A stretch of 64,000 nt of DNA from an uncultured Lachnospiraceae bacterium (GCA_964579875.1 CAZOHJ010000001.1:44871-108870), one strand, 5' to 3'. Shown: positions 8,954 through 19,951, numbered from the stretch's first letter. Notes: generated from the sequence alone by a model not told the origin. Translations and numbers: made by a program.

Positions 8954-9115
8954 TTAGACTGCCGCGGGAGTTTCCTCCACGGTCTGCGGAGGCTGCGGCG
9001 CCGTTGAATCCGCGTTGTTTTCCGGCTGCGCAAGCTCAACTATAGCTAACGGTATAATTACCGTTATAAAAGCGGCAGCGAGCATAGAAAGCAGTATTTT
9101 CTTTATTTTCCTCAT
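8954..9115 (-). CDS. Small hypothetical membrane/secreted protein (53 aa).
   Basis: Internal ATG of ORF 8954-9187: MRKIKKILLSMLAAAFITVIIPLAIVELAQPENNADSTAPQPPQ... It has one hydrophobic helix and lies at the end of the minus-strand gene string. RBS spacing is poor. Confidence 0.35.
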   Translation of the reverse strand: MRKIKKILLSMLAAAFITVIIPLAIVELAQPENNADSTAPQPPQTVEETPAAV

Positions 9116-9198
9116 CCCCTTTCCGAAACACAGGCTTATTAAAATATATGCGCGCAAAAAAAGAACAGGCGGAAAATCCGCCCGCAATATTCTACATT

Positions 9199-10101
9199 TT
9201 ATTTACTGACGACGTCTACCTCAAGCCTGTTATATGCCATCTTAATTCCGAGCTTTCTGTAGCTTTCACCTACCGCTTCCATAAGCGCATAACGCGCCTT
9301 AATGTAATTTCCGGCATCCGTCCAGACTCTCACATCGTATATAACAGCGCTCTCGCCGTAATCCGCAATCCCTATTACAGGCTCCGGCTCCTTAAGCAGC
9401 ATATCCACACTGCCGACCGCGTTTTTAAGCGCGGTCTTTACAGTTTCCGTGTCATATTCATAGCCCGCGTTAAAGGTAACATCTATCCGCCGTCTGCCCT
9501 CCGCATTGTAATTTGTCAGCTTATCCCCTATCAGCTTCTCATTGGGAATATAGATCCGCTTATTATCTATTGTGGTGATCTCGGTATAAAACAAGCCGAT
9601 ATTTTTAACTGTTCCCGCAACATCGGTTTCTATATAGTCGCCGATATCAAATGGTTTGAGCATAAGGAGAGATATACCGCTCAGGATATTTCCCAGAAGG
9701 TTCTGAATCGAAAGCGAAACGGCAAGACCGAGCAGACTGAACAGCGCGACCAGCGACGTTATCGGTATCCCTATCAGATCCGCAAAAATCATAACCGAGA
9801 TAAAGTAGCCTATGAACCTTACCGCCCTTGCCAAAAACTTCTTAAGACCTTCTGTTATGCGTGTTTTCCTTACAGCATGGTATACAATGCGCCCTATGAT
9901 CCTGCTTATAACCACCAAAACCACAAGCAGCGCGACCGAAACCGCTATATTCATCAGCGACAGCGAGGTCAGATCAAAGCCTATCGCGTTGGCTATGCTC
10001 TGAAACACGTTATGACTGCTTTCGGCGACCGTGTCTCCTATAGTCCCTGCCGTAACACCCAGCTCATCGCCTATTTCATTCACTATTTCGTTCTCCATCA
10101 T
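9199..10101 (-). CDS. mscS: Small-conductance mechanosensitive channel (MscS family).
   Basis: 300 aa. TM helices are followed by the MscS beta-domain signature NLLGNILSGISLLMLKPFDIGDYIE...GTVKNIGLFYTEITTIDNKRIYIPNEKL. Confidence 0.85.
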   Translation of the reverse strand: MMENEIVNEIGDELGVTAGTIGDTVAESSHNVFQSIANAIGFDLTSLSLMNIAVSVALLVVLVVISRIIGRIVYHAVRKTRITEGLKKFLARAVRFIGYFISVMIFADLIGIPITSLVALFSLLGLAVSLSIQNLLGNILSGISLLMLKPFDIGDYIETDVAGTVKNIGLFYTEITTIDNKRIYIPNEKLIGDKLTNYNAEGRRRIDVTFNAGYEYDTETVKTALKNAVGSVDMLLKEPEPVIGIADYGESAVIYDVRVWTDAGNYIKARYALMEAVGESYRKLGIKMAYNRLEVDVVSK

Positions 10102-10834
10102 TATCTCCCCGCATATTCATCCTTATGCTTACTACCTCATCACCGCAGACAATGAAATGGTCCACAAGAAATATTCCTACCGCAGCCAGCAGCCTGTCTA
10201 TTTGCTCAGTCATGTATATGTCATCATATGACGGCTCGGTATTTCCGCTCGGATGATTATGTACCAGCACCACAAAATCCGCTCCGACCGCCGTTGCAAG
10301 CTTCAAGATCCTGTTAGGACGCGTTGACGCATGAGTTTCGCCCGCTGTGTCGGCAACGCTTGCCACATATTTTATAACCATTCTCCGGTTAAGGCATATA
10401 GCAAACAGATCCTCGCTGTCCAGAGGAAAATCAATATATTTCAGCACCTCTTTAAAATTGTTCCGCGTCATCTGAATTGACTTTCCCTTCAGCACACTGC
10501 AGTGATAATAATCAATAAATGCTTTCAGGTGTCTCAGAAAATCGACCGTGGACGGACCTACATCTTTGACCTTTCCGAGAGCGCCCGATTCCGCCAGCTC
10601 AAACATTCTTGACAGACTGTTGGCGCTGTTGAACATGATCATATGCGCAATATTGTTCATGTTTACCCTCGGACGCGCATGGAACAGCATAAATTCCAGA
10701 ACCTCATGATCTGACCATCCGTCAAAGCCGGATTCATTAAACCGCTTGCGCATTCTTTCGCGATGTTTTTCATGAATATTAACAGGAGAATCTTTTTTGG
10801 CTTTTTTTATTTCATCAGATTTATTGTTTTCCAT
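10076..10834 (-). CDS. radC: RadC-like JAB/MPN domain protein.
   Basis: Start chosen at MENNKSDE... (ATG 10834), which overlaps the ychF stop by 1 nt (TAATG). The C-terminal JAB motif is VLVHNHPSGNTEPSYDD. The 3' end overlaps the mscS start by about 25 nt. Confidence 0.8.
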   Translation of the reverse strand: MENNKSDEIKKAKKDSPVNIHEKHRERMRKRFNESGFDGWSDHEVLEFMLFHARPRVNMNNIAHMIMFNSANSLSRMFELAESGALGKVKDVGPSTVDFLRHLKAFIDYYHCSVLKGKSIQMTRNNFKEVLKYIDFPLDSEDLFAICLNRRMVIKYVASVADTAGETHASTRPNRILKLATAVGADFVVLVHNHPSGNTEPSYDDIYMTEQIDRLLAAVGIFLVDHFIVCGDEVVSIRMNMRGDNDGERNSE

Positions 10835-11928
10835 TATACATTGAATCTGAACAGAACTATATCTCCGTCCTTCATGACATATTCCTTGCCTTCGCTTCTT
10901 ACAAGCCCTTTTTCCTTTGCGGCCGCCATTGAACCGCATGCCATAAGATCATCATAATGAACGACCTCCGCGCGTATAAATCCCCGTTCAAAATCCGAAT
11001 GTATCTTACCGGCAGCCTGAGGCGCCTTTGTGCCCTTCTTTATTGTCCATGCGCGAACCTCCGGCTCACCCGCCGTAAGGTAGCTTATAAGTCCGAGAAG
11101 CGAATAGCTTGCCTTGATCAGTCTGTCAAGCCCCGATTCGCTCATTCCGAGATCCTCAAGGAACATTTCTCTTTCATCAGCCTCAAGCTGAGCGATTTCA
11201 TCCTCGATCTTAGCCGAAACAGGCATTACCTCCGAGTTTTCTCCCGCGGCATATTCCTTGACCATGCTTACAAATTTGTTGTTCTCAATGCCCTTTGAGA
11301 AATCATCCTCCGCAACATTTGCCGCATAGATAACAGGCTTCATTGTTATAAGAAACAGATCCTTCATAAGAGCAAGCTCGTCATCGTCATATTCAAGCGA
11401 CTTTGCAAGTCTGCCCTCCTCCATTGCAGCCTTAACTCTCTCGTAAAGCGCGACCTCTGATGCGAGCGACTTGTCGCCCTTCATCTGCTTCTTTGTTCTG
11501 TCTATCTTTCTTTCAAGCATTTCAAGGTCTGAAAGAATAAGCTCCAGATTTATTGTTTCAATATCACGGACAGGATCTATTGAACCGTCAACATGAGTTA
11601 TGTTTGTATCCTCAAAGCAGCGGACAACGTGAACAATAGCGTCACACTCACGGATCGACGCAAGGAACTGATTTCCGAGTCCCTCGCCCTTTGACGCGCC
11701 CTTTACAAGACCGGCAATATCAACAAACTCAATATACGCTCTTGTTATCTTCTTCGGATGATACATCCCGGCAAGCTTATCTATTCTTTCGTCAGGCACG
11801 TCCACAATACCTACATTCGGCTCAATTGTACAGAACGGATAGTTTGCGCTCTCCGCCCCTGCCTGTGTTATCGCGTTAAACAAGGTGGATTTGCCAACAT
11901 TCGGCAAGCCTACAATTCCTAATTTCAT
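10834..11928 (-). CDS. ychF: Ribosome-binding/redox-regulated ATPase YchF.
   Basis: MKLGIVGLPNVGKSTLFNA P-loop. 364 aa, with a C-terminal TGS/YchF domain (HSDFERGFIRAEV). Confidence 0.95.
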   Translation of the reverse strand: MKLGIVGLPNVGKSTLFNAITQAGAESANYPFCTIEPNVGIVDVPDERIDKLAGMYHPKKITRAYIEFVDIAGLVKGASKGEGLGNQFLASIRECDAIVHVVRCFEDTNITHVDGSIDPVRDIETINLELILSDLEMLERKIDRTKKQMKGDKSLASEVALYERVKAAMEEGRLAKSLEYDDDELALMKDLFLITMKPVIYAANVAEDDFSKGIENNKFVSMVKEYAAGENSEVMPVSAKIEDEIAQLEADEREMFLEDLGMSESGLDRLIKASYSLLGLISYLTAGEPEVRAWTIKKGTKAPQAAGKIHSDFERGFIRAEVVHYDDLMACGSMAAAKEKGLVRSEGKEYVMKDGDIVLFRFNV

Positions 11929-13116
11929 TTATCTGTTTCCTTTCAATAATTGTGTGAAATTATCCGGTTTCTTTTCCGAAAGTCCGAATTCATAAAGCAG
12001 CGCTTCACATATTCTCCTTGAAGCCTCTCCGTCACCGTACGGATTTGCCGCCTGTGCCATCTTCTTATATGCTTCTTCATCATCAAGCAGCTCATTTGCC
12101 AGCCTTACAATAACATCCTTATCGACGCCGGCAATCCTGACGGTTCCGGCCTCCACTGCCTCCGGACGTTCTGTTTCACGTCTTAAAACGATCACCGGCT
12201 TGGCAAGCGCGGGAGCCTCCTCCTGAATGCCGCCCGAATCAGTCATAACCATAAAGCTTCTTGAAATAGCATTATGAAGCTCATCCGTGTCTAAGGGATC
12301 AATGAGATGTATTCTTTCAATATCACCGAGCACACTGTTTACAGTGTCACGGACAGCCGGATTAAGATGAACGGGATATACGACCTCTGTATCGGGATGC
12401 GATAGGACAACCTCTTTAATAGCATTGCAGATATTCTCCAGCGGGCTGCCTAAATTCTCGCGCCGGTGCGCCGTTACGATTATGACCCTCTTATTCTCAT
12501 AATCAAGGCTCCGCAGTGTTTCGTCCCTGAAGCGGTAATCCCGGCGCACTGTTGTCTTTAACGCGTCGATCACGGTGTTTCCTGTGATATAAATCGATGC
12601 CGGATCTACATTTTCCTTTATAAGATTATCGTAATTCCTCTGCGTCGGTGAGAAATTAAGATTTGCAATTCTGCCTGTCAGCTGTCGGTTCATTTCCTCC
12701 GGGAACGGGCTGTAAATATCATAGGTTCTCAGTCCCGCCTCAACGTGGCCTACCTTGATCTGCTCATAGAAAGCCGCCAGCGCCGCAACAAAGCTTGTCG
12801 AGGTGTCTCCATGCACCAGTACAATATCCGGTCTTTCCTTCCTGAGCACCTCCTCCATGCCTGTGAGAACTCTTGTCGTAATTCCCGCAAGAGTCTGACG
12901 CGACTTCATTATATCAAGATCATAATCGGGCTTCACACCGAAAATATCAAGCGCCTGATCAAGCATCTGCCTGTGCTGCGCGGTCACACACACAATGGGA
13001 GTTATATTTTCATATTTTTTCAGCTCCAGAACAAGCGGGCACATTTTGATCGCCTCAGGTCTTGTTCCGAAAACCGTCATTACCTTAATATTATCCATAA
13101 TATTCCTTTCCTTCAT
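11929..13116 (-). CDS. wecB: UDP-N-acetylglucosamine 2-epimerase (non-hydrolysing).
   Basis: VFGTRPEAIKM, HVEAGLRT and DSGGIQEE motifs. The stop directly abuts the ychF ATG (TAAATG). An alternative start is ATG 13098. Confidence 0.9.
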   Translation of the reverse strand: MKERNIMDNIKVMTVFGTRPEAIKMCPLVLELKKYENITPIVCVTAQHRQMLDQALDIFGVKPDYDLDIMKSRQTLAGITTRVLTGMEEVLRKERPDIVLVHGDTSTSFVAALAAFYEQIKVGHVEAGLRTYDIYSPFPEEMNRQLTGRIANLNFSPTQRNYDNLIKENVDPASIYITGNTVIDALKTTVRRDYRFRDETLRSLDYENKRVIIVTAHRRENLGSPLENICNAIKEVVLSHPDTEVVYPVHLNPAVRDTVNSVLGDIERIHLIDPLDTDELHNAISRSFMVMTDSGGIQEEAPALAKPVIVLRRETERPEAVEAGTVRIAGVDKDVIVRLANELLDDEEAYKKMAQAANPYGDGEASRRICEALLYEFGLSEKKPDNFTQLLKGNR

Positions 13117-14207
13117 TCCGCTTCGTCTTCTGTCTTATCCGGCTCCGCGTCCTCCTTGTGATCCGCCTTATGAACAAAGCTGTTCTTCCCCATCATTGTC
13201 GCAATGAGCAGGAAAATCAGCACGCACATCAGTAAAAGCATAGCTCTCAGGAAACGCTGCTCCGCAAGAAGGATCGCCGTAATACCCAATACCCCGCTTA
13301 TAGCGTAAAGGATAAATACCGTCTGCTTCTGTGAAAAACCCATATCATACAATCTATGATGCAGATGTCCGCGGTCAGCCACCATCGGGCTTTTACCCGA
13401 AAGCATGCGTCTTACCATCGCGAACAGCGCATCAAACAGCGGCAGCCCGAGCATGATGAGCGGCACCGCAAACGAGATCACCGCATAGGATTTGAACACG
13501 CCCTGTACCGACAACACCGCAAGGATAAATCCCAGAAATGTGGAGCCGGTATCGCCCATAAATATTTTTGCCGGATTAAAGTTAAACGGCAGAAATCCAA
13601 AGCATGAGCCCATCAGAGCCAGTCCGAGCAAGGCGATAGTGTACTGATGATAGCTTATTGATATAAATACCATAGACATCGACATGATCGCGGACACTCC
13701 CGCCGCCAGTCCGTCAAGACCATCAATAAAATTTACCGCGTTCGTTATGAACACTATCCATATGACCGTAACTATAACCGAAAGCCACATCGGAAGTATT
13801 ATATACGGGTTTGTGCTGAACACATTCGGGTTTGAAAATACCGAAATTCTTATATCTCCGTAGAATACAACCACAAGCGCAGCCACGATCTGAACAACCA
13901 ATTTCAGCTTTGGTCCCAGTTCCCTGCAGTCATCTACAATACCCAGTACAGCCAATATCAGCGCGCCTATCAGAATTGAGATCGTGCCCTTTGACCAGTC
14001 ATCATTAAAGCATAGCACCGCCACCATAAATCCGAAAATAATCGCCAGACCTCCTATCCGGGGCGTCGGCCTTTTGTGTACTCTTCTCTTATCCTTAGGG
14101 ACATCCACCGCGCCGATCCTGTACGCCAGTCTGCGTACAACAGGCGTTGTTGCAAAGGTGAATATAAAGGATATTATAAAAGCAAATATCATGCTTGCGT
14201 AACTCAT
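13113..14207 (-). CDS. Undecaprenyl-phosphate GlcNAc-1-phosphate transferase (glycosyltransferase family 4, WecA/TagO-like).
   Basis: Polytopic membrane protein with the NAVNFIDGLDGLAAG and FMGDTGS motifs of the MraY/WecA superfamily. It has an acidic C-terminal tail. A 4-nt ATGA overlap joins it to wecB. Confidence 0.85.
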   Translation of the reverse strand: MSYASMIFAFIISFIFTFATTPVVRRLAYRIGAVDVPKDKRRVHKRPTPRIGGLAIIFGFMVAVLCFNDDWSKGTISILIGALILAVLGIVDDCRELGPKLKLVVQIVAALVVVFYGDIRISVFSNPNVFSTNPYIILPMWLSVIVTVIWIVFITNAVNFIDGLDGLAAGVSAIMSMSMVFISISYHQYTIALLGLALMGSCFGFLPFNFNPAKIFMGDTGSTFLGFILAVLSVQGVFKSYAVISFAVPLIMLGLPLFDALFAMVRRMLSGKSPMVADRGHLHHRLYDMGFSQKQTVFILYAISGVLGITAILLAEQRFLRAMLLLMCVLIFLLIATMMGKNSFVHKADHKEDAEPDKTEDEAE

Positions 14208-14246
14208 GCAATCTCCCTTTCCTTTTGTTTATTTAAGCTCCGGGGA

Positions 14247-15287
14247 TCAGTCAACAACAAATCCCACTTTCTTGTAAACCTTCTTCAGGGTTCTGTCGGC
14301 AATTCTGCGCGCCTGCTCCGCGCCGTTTCTGTATATGTTCTGCAAATACGCCTTATCCTTGACTATTCTGTCATATTCCTCCCGGATAGGACGTATGCCC
14401 TCAACAACAGCCTCCGCGACCGCGTCCTTGAGCGCGCCGTAGCCCTGACCCTCAAAGTCCTTTGCCGCCTGCTCGGGCGTACTGTTTGTCATAACCGCCA
14501 TAATGCTCAGAAGGTTATTAACGCCGGCTTTTGCATCGTCATCGGGACGGTATTCTATTATTCCCTCGCTGTCCGTTACGGCGCTCTTTATCTTCTTTGA
14601 AATTACATTAAAATCATCCATTATCGAAATAAAGCCCTTCGGGTTCGGATCCGACTTTGACATTTTTTTTGTCGGCTCCTGAAGGCTCGCTATCTTTGCG
14701 CCCGACTTAACAAGCAGTCCCTCCGGAATTGTGAACACATTTCCGTAAAGCGCGTTAAACCGGTTTGCAATATCACGGCAGATTTCTATATGCTGCATCT
14801 GATCCTTGCCGACCGGAACACAGTCTGCCTGATAAAGCAGGATGTCCGCCGCCATAAGCACCGGATATGTGAAAAGTCCGGCATTTATGTTGTCCGCATG
14901 ACGCGCGCTCTTATCCTTGAACTGTGTCATTCTCTGCAGCTCACCCATATAGGTGTAGCAGTTGAGCACCCATGCCAGCTCGGCGTGAGCGCTGTTATGT
15001 GACTGGATAAAAAGTATACACTTTTCCGGATCAATTCCGCACGCGATGTAAAGAGCGAGCAGCTCCAGTGTCCTCTTTCTCAGCTCGGCAGGGGTCTGAC
15101 GAACCGTGATCGAATGCATATCCATCATCGCGAATGCGCAGTCATACTCCTCCTGCAGATTGACCCAGTTCCTTATTGCGCCGATATAGTTGCCGAGCGT
15201 AATTGTACCGGACGGCTGTACACCGGAAAATATTCTTTTTTTTCTTTCAGGCTTCTGTGCCTGTGCCTCTTTGTTTTCAGCTTCCAT
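14247..15287 (-). CDS. trpS: Tryptophan--tRNA ligase.
   Basis: Class I signatures: FSGVQPSGTITLGNYIG (HIGH-like) and KMSKS. 346 aa. Confidence 0.95.
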   Translation of the reverse strand: MEAENKEAQAQKPERKKRIFSGVQPSGTITLGNYIGAIRNWVNLQEEYDCAFAMMDMHSITVRQTPAELRKRTLELLALYIACGIDPEKCILFIQSHNSAHAELAWVLNCYTYMGELQRMTQFKDKSARHADNINAGLFTYPVLMAADILLYQADCVPVGKDQMQHIEICRDIANRFNALYGNVFTIPEGLLVKSGAKIASLQEPTKKMSKSDPNPKGFISIMDDFNVISKKIKSAVTDSEGIIEYRPDDDAKAGVNNLLSIMAVMTNSTPEQAAKDFEGQGYGALKDAVAEAVVEGIRPIREEYDRIVKDKAYLQNIYRNGAEQARRIADRTLKKVYKKVGFVVD

Positions 15288-15303
15288 AATAAAAATCCCT
15301 TTG

Positions 15304-16503
15304 TTATAAAATTTCTGTTAAAACCGCGCCGAGACGTCTTACACCCTCTTCGATCTTTTCGGGTGATACTGACGAATAATTCAGTCTGAACTGATTTGAC
15401 GGCCGACTCTGATCTATTGCGAAGTTTGACCCCGGAACGATCGCAACCTTCTTTTCAAGACATATGTCAACAACCTTTGAAATGTCTCCTTCAAGCCCCG
15501 GGCAGGTACACCAGAGGAATATACCCCCCTCAGGCACTGTCCATTCAACCTTGCCCTTGGGGAAGGTCTCCTCCATTGTATCAAGCATAACCTTACACTT
15601 TTTCCCGTAAAGCTGCCTGTTCTTTTCGATATATTTATCTATATTGTACTTCTTCATAAACTCAACGCACATAAGCTGTGTCAGCATGGGCGTGTGAACA
15701 TCGTTTACCTGCTTCAGCATCTCAACCTTTTCAAGGATCTGAGCGGGTCCTATTATGTAGCCCAGACGCATGCCCGGCGAAAGTATCTTTGAGAAGGAGC
15801 CGCAATATATAACCCTGCCCTCCGTGTCAAGTGACTTCAATGTTGCGACATTCTCCCCCGAAAAGCGAAGATCGCCGTAGGGGTTATCCTCAATAATTAG
15901 GACATTGTACTTTGAGGCAAGCTCAAGAAGTCTCTTTCTCTTTTCCGGCGGCATTGTCGTTCCTGTAGGGTTCTGGAAGGTCGGAATCGTGTAAAGCAGC
16001 TTTGCGTCCGGGTTTGCCTCAAGCGCGGCTTCAAGCTTATCCATGTTCATTCCGTCATTGTCAACATCTACACCTACAAGTCTGCACTCATATGATCTGA
16101 ACGCGTTAAGACTGCCGATAAAGCTCGGATCCTCAACAACGATCTTGTCGCCCTTGTTTATAATTGCCTTTGCCGTGAGGTCAATACCCTGATTTGCGCC
16201 GGTCATAATGAGTATCTCGTCACCCTCATTATATGCGCCCGCCTTGACCGCGCGCGCCTTTGCGCATTCCTTCATCTTCGGATAGCCGTCCGTTGTGCCG
16301 TACTGGAGAGCCAGTGTCGGCTGTGTCATAAGAATTTTACCCGCGATCTTTGAAAGCTCGTCGCCCGGAAACAGCTCTGCTGCCGGATTCCCTCCCGCCA
16401 GCGAAATGATCTCCGGATCCGCCATTCTCTTGAACATCTCACGGATAGCAGAACCCTTCATAGGTATTACTCTGTCAGCAAAAAATTCACTGTAATCTAT
16501 CAT
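15304..16503 (-). CDS. PLP-dependent aminotransferase, class I/II fold (2-aminoadipate/aromatic aminotransferase-like).
   Basis: 399 aa. GGNPAAELFP, NPTGTTM and SFSKILSPGMRLGY (PLP-lysine motif). Confidence 0.85.
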   Translation of the reverse strand: MIDYSEFFADRVIPMKGSAIREMFKRMADPEIISLAGGNPAAELFPGDELSKIAGKILMTQPTLALQYGTTDGYPKMKECAKARAVKAGAYNEGDEILIMTGANQGIDLTAKAIINKGDKIVVEDPSFIGSLNAFRSYECRLVGVDVDNDGMNMDKLEAALEANPDAKLLYTIPTFQNPTGTTMPPEKRKRLLELASKYNVLIIEDNPYGDLRFSGENVATLKSLDTEGRVIYCGSFSKILSPGMRLGYIIGPAQILEKVEMLKQVNDVHTPMLTQLMCVEFMKKYNIDKYIEKNRQLYGKKCKVMLDTMEETFPKGKVEWTVPEGGIFLWCTCPGLEGDISKVVDICLEKKVAIVPGSNFAIDQSRPSNQFRLNYSSVSPEKIEEGVRRLGAVLTEIL

Positions 16504-16519
16504 TTTATAATCATCTCCA

Positions 16520-18196
16520 TTAATTTTTCTTATTTAACTTTGCCCATGAATCCTTGAGTCCCACTGTTCTGTTGAACACAAGCTTATCGGCTGTGGAATC
16601 CTTGTCCATGCAGAAATAGCCCTGACGCATGAATTGGAACTTGTCGCCCGGCTTTGCAGACGCAAGGCCGCTTTCCAGCTTTGCATCCGGCTTTATGATC
16701 ATGTTGTCGGGGTTCAGGTGGTCAAGAAAGCTTTCAACGCCCGTTTCGTCCGACGGATTTTCAACATTGAAAAGCCTGTCGTAAAGCCTGATCTCGCCGT
16801 CAATCGCGTGCGCCGCGCTTACAAAATGGATCGTCCCCTTGACCTTGCGCTTATCCGCGGTGTCTCCGCCCCTGGAATCGGGAGCGTAATCACAATGAAC
16901 TACTGTGATATTGCCCTCGGCGTCCTTTTCACAGCCTGTTGCGGTTACATAATACGCGCCCTTTAAGCGTATTTCTCTGCCCGGCGCCATTCTCTTATAC
17001 TTATTCGGCGCTTCCTCTCTGAAGTCCTCTCGCTCGATCCAGAGATACTTTGAGAACTTTACCTTTCGTGTGCCCATTGATGGATCCTCAGGATTTACCT
17101 CTACTTCAAAGGTTTCCACAAGATCCTCCGGGTAATTGTCAACAACAAGCCTGATCGGGTCAAGGACTGCCATCGCGCGCGGAGCGCGCTTGTTGAGGTC
17201 CTCTCTTATACATGCCTCAAGCATAGCAAAATCTATAACACTGTTTGCCTTTGCAACGCCTATTCTCTCGCAGAAATCCCTGATCGCCTCCGGCGTATAG
17301 CCCCGTCGTCTCATGCCGCACAGGGTTGACATTCTCGGATCGTCCCAGCCGGAAACAATTCCGTCCCTGACAAGCCTCAGACTTCTCCTCTTGCTTGTGA
17401 TCGTATAGTTCAGGTTCATTCTTGCGAACTCGATCTGACGTGAAGGACTTTCATAGCCGACCTCGCGAAGAACCCAGTCATAAAGCGGACGGTGATCCTC
17501 AAACTCAAGCGAGCACAGCGAATGCGTAACACCCTCAACAGTGTCCGAGATAGGGTGCGCAAAATCATACATCGGGTATACGCACCACTTGTCGCCTGTT
17601 CTGTGGTGATGTGCGCGGATTATCCTGTATATAACAGGATCTCTCATGTTGAGGTTCGGCGACGCCATATCTATCTTTGCGCGGAGAACCTTCGAGCCGT
17701 CGGGAAATTCGCCGTTTGTCATACGCGTGAACAAATCAAGGTTTTCCTCGATAGAGCGGTCACGGTAAGGGCTGTTCTTACCCGGTTCCGTAAGAGTGCC
17801 GCGGTATTCGCGTATTTCATCGGCGCTGAGGTCGCATACGAACGCCTTGCCCTTCTTAATAAGCGTTATTGCCGCCTCATGGATCGCGTCAAAATAATCC
17901 GATGCGTAAAGCGCCTTGTTCCACTTAAAGCCGAGCCATGCTATATCCTCCATGATCGAGTCAACGTACTCCGTATCCTCCTTTGTCGGGTTAGTATCGT
18001 CAAAACGAAGATTGCACTCTCCGTTATACTTTTCCGCCATCCCGAAATCTATGCAGATCGCCTTTGCGTGACCTACATGAAGATAACCGTTCGGCTCCGG
18101 CGGGAAACGTGTCTGAACACGGTCATAATGACCTTCCTTAAGATCCTTCTCTATTGCGTCTTCTATAAAGTTTTTCGGTGTATATGTTTCTTCCAT
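16520..18196 (-). CDS. glnS: Glutamine--tRNA ligase.
   Basis: [17 protein letters not shown] (HIGH), and [13 protein letters not shown] typical of GlnRS. 558 aa. Confidence 0.95.
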   Translation of the reverse strand: MEETYTPKNFIEDAIEKDLKEGHYDRVQTRFPPEPNGYLHVGHAKAICIDFGMAEKYNGECNLRFDDTNPTKEDTEYVDSIMEDIAWLGFKWNKALYASDYFDAIHEAAITLIKKGKAFVCDLSADEIREYRGTLTEPGKNSPYRDRSIEENLDLFTRMTNGEFPDGSKVLRAKIDMASPNLNMRDPVIYRIIRAHHHRTGDKWCVYPMYDFAHPISDTVEGVTHSLCSLEFEDHRPLYDWVLREVGYESPSRQIEFARMNLNYTITSKRRSLRLVRDGIVSGWDDPRMSTLCGMRRRGYTPEAIRDFCERIGVAKANSVIDFAMLEACIREDLNKRAPRAMAVLDPIRLVVDNYPEDLVETFEVEVNPEDPSMGTRKVKFSKYLWIEREDFREEAPNKYKRMAPGREIRLKGAYYVTATGCEKDAEGNITVVHCDYAPDSRGGDTADKRKVKGTIHFVSAAHAIDGEIRLYDRLFNVENPSDETGVESFLDHLNPDNMIIKPDAKLESGLASAKPGDKFQFMRQGYFCMDKDSTADKLVFNRTVGLKDSWAKLNKKN

Positions 18197-18209
18197 AATC
18201 TTTTCTCCA

Positions 18210-19865
18210 TTACTTAACTGAATTGATCGCTGCTGTTATTCTCTCTTTTACCTTTCCGGCGCCAAGCGTCTGCATGATCTCATAAAGATCCGGCGTGTTA
18301 AGCCTTCCTGTCACAGCCACTCTGATAACTCCCGAAACATCGCCCACATGACCCTTGAAGCCGGATGGGTTCTGCTTATACTCCTTAGGTGTTCCCGCAA
18401 AGCCAAGCTCAACCGCCATCTCCTTAACCTGAGGGAACCAGTCCTCCGGCGCTCCGTCAGAATCATATATTTCAATATATTTTTCAAGTATTGCAAGCTT
18501 ATCGGCATCCGATACATTTTCCGCCCAGCCAAGCTTACCGTCAAACAGCTCGTCATAGAAATATGCTATATAATCCCTGATCTCTCCCCATCTGCCGATA
18601 TCCTTTCTCGGCTTTTTATTGCCGCGCTCGATCGAGAATATTCTCTTAGCATAACCGGGATCGGCTGTTATTAGTCTGTGCAGCTGCCCGTCATTAGTCT
18701 CTGACCATTCCTCAACGGCATTATATACCGCTTCCGTATCAAGAGTTGATATATAAGTCTTTGAAATATCGTGAAGCTTTACCATATCAAACAAAGCGCC
18801 CGCCTTGCTCATCTTGTTAAGCGCAAAGGCAAAATCATCAATTGTTCCTGTCTTGTTGGCGCGCTTCCAGTCCTCATAGTTTGAGTTTGCGATAGTCATC
18901 AGATACTCATTTACCGCGCCCGCCGGATAACCCGCCTCCGCATAGAAGCTTACAGCGGCCTCGGGATCCTTACGCTTTGAAAGCTTTCTCTTGCCGCCCG
19001 TTTCCGTGTCCTCCTTCATGATCGGAGCAATGTGCGCATACTTAGGCGCCTTAAAGCCGAGCACATGGAAAAGCTGGAGATGGATGGGAACCGATGAAAG
19101 CCACTCGTCGCCTCTTGTGACATGGGTCGTCCTCATGAGATGATCATCAATCGCGTGAGCGAAATGATATGTAGGAGTTCCGTCCTTCTTCAAAAGAACA
19201 ATGTCCAGAATATTCTCCTGTATCTCAATTTTGCCCTTAACCTCGTCCTTGAACTTTATTCTTCCGTCCGGTCTGCCCGGTGACTTAAGGCGTACTACAT
19301 ATTCATCGCCGTTCTTAATTCTCTTTTCCGCTTCCTCTGCAGTGATATCACGGTATTTAGCATACTTGCCGTAGATGCCCGGAAGAGCCTTGTCCGCCTC
19401 CTGCTGCTTTCTGACCTCTGCGATCTCTTCCTCGGTCATAAAGCACGGGTATGCCAGCCCCTTCTCTACAAGATCCTTGACATATGCCTGATATATATGT
19501 GTTCTCTTACTCTGCGTATACGGTCCGTAGGCACCGCTTTCCTCAGTCTCGCCCGTAGCGCCCTCATCGGGTGTTATGCCGAAATCCCTTAAACCGTTTA
19601 CCATACCGATAACACCGTTTTCGACCTCGCGCTTCTTATCGGTATCCTCTATTCTAAGATAAAATACTCCGTCCTTACCGGCTGTCTTTGCCGCAATAAA
19701 CGCCGCAAACAGACTTCCGAAATGCAAAAATCCCGTTGGCGACGGTGCAAATCTTGTAACCTTTGCGCCCTCAGGAAGATTACGCGGCGGATACATTGCC
19801 TCATAATCCGCCGGAGTTTTGTCTGTCGACGGGAACAATAACTGTGACATCGCTTTTAAATCCAT
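18210..19865 (-). CDS. gltX: Glutamate--tRNA ligase (long, 551-aa form).
   Basis: [15 protein letters not shown] (HIGH-like), KLSKRK (KMSKS), THVTRGDEW. Confidence 0.9.
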   Translation of the reverse strand: MDLKAMSQLLFPSTDKTPADYEAMYPPRNLPEGAKVTRFAPSPTGFLHFGSLFAAFIAAKTAGKDGVFYLRIEDTDKKREVENGVIGMVNGLRDFGITPDEGATGETEESGAYGPYTQSKRTHIYQAYVKDLVEKGLAYPCFMTEEEIAEVRKQQEADKALPGIYGKYAKYRDITAEEAEKRIKNGDEYVVRLKSPGRPDGRIKFKDEVKGKIEIQENILDIVLLKKDGTPTYHFAHAIDDHLMRTTHVTRGDEWLSSVPIHLQLFHVLGFKAPKYAHIAPIMKEDTETGGKRKLSKRKDPEAAVSFYAEAGYPAGAVNEYLMTIANSNYEDWKRANKTGTIDDFAFALNKMSKAGALFDMVKLHDISKTYISTLDTEAVYNAVEEWSETNDGQLHRLITADPGYAKRIFSIERGNKKPRKDIGRWGEIRDYIAYFYDELFDGKLGWAENVSDADKLAILEKYIEIYDSDGAPEDWFPQVKEMAVELGFAGTPKEYKQNPSGFKGHVGDVSGVIRVAVTGRLNTPDLYEIMQTLGAGKVKERITAAINSVK

Positions 19866-19922
19866 GTTGTTTAACCCTTCCTGTAATATTCAAAATATAA
19901 TTATTTTCACTTTGTCCATTTT

Positions 19923-19951
19923 ATTATAACGCATTTGGATAAAAATATCAA
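19923..19951 (-). promoter_or_regulatory. Sigma-A type promoter for the gltX-glnS string.
   Basis: On the minus strand: TTGATA (19951-19946), 17 nt, then TATAAT (19928-19923). The leader to ATG 19865 is only about 50 nt. Confidence 0.45.

Noticed and set aside
9148-10155. 335-aa plus-strand ORF.
   Set aside because: It is fully antisense to the well-supported MscS gene. The translation is Arg/Tyr/His-rich with no recognisable motifs.
17492-18217. 241-aa plus-strand ORF.
   Set aside because: It is antisense to glnS and is a shadow ORF of a highly conserved gene.
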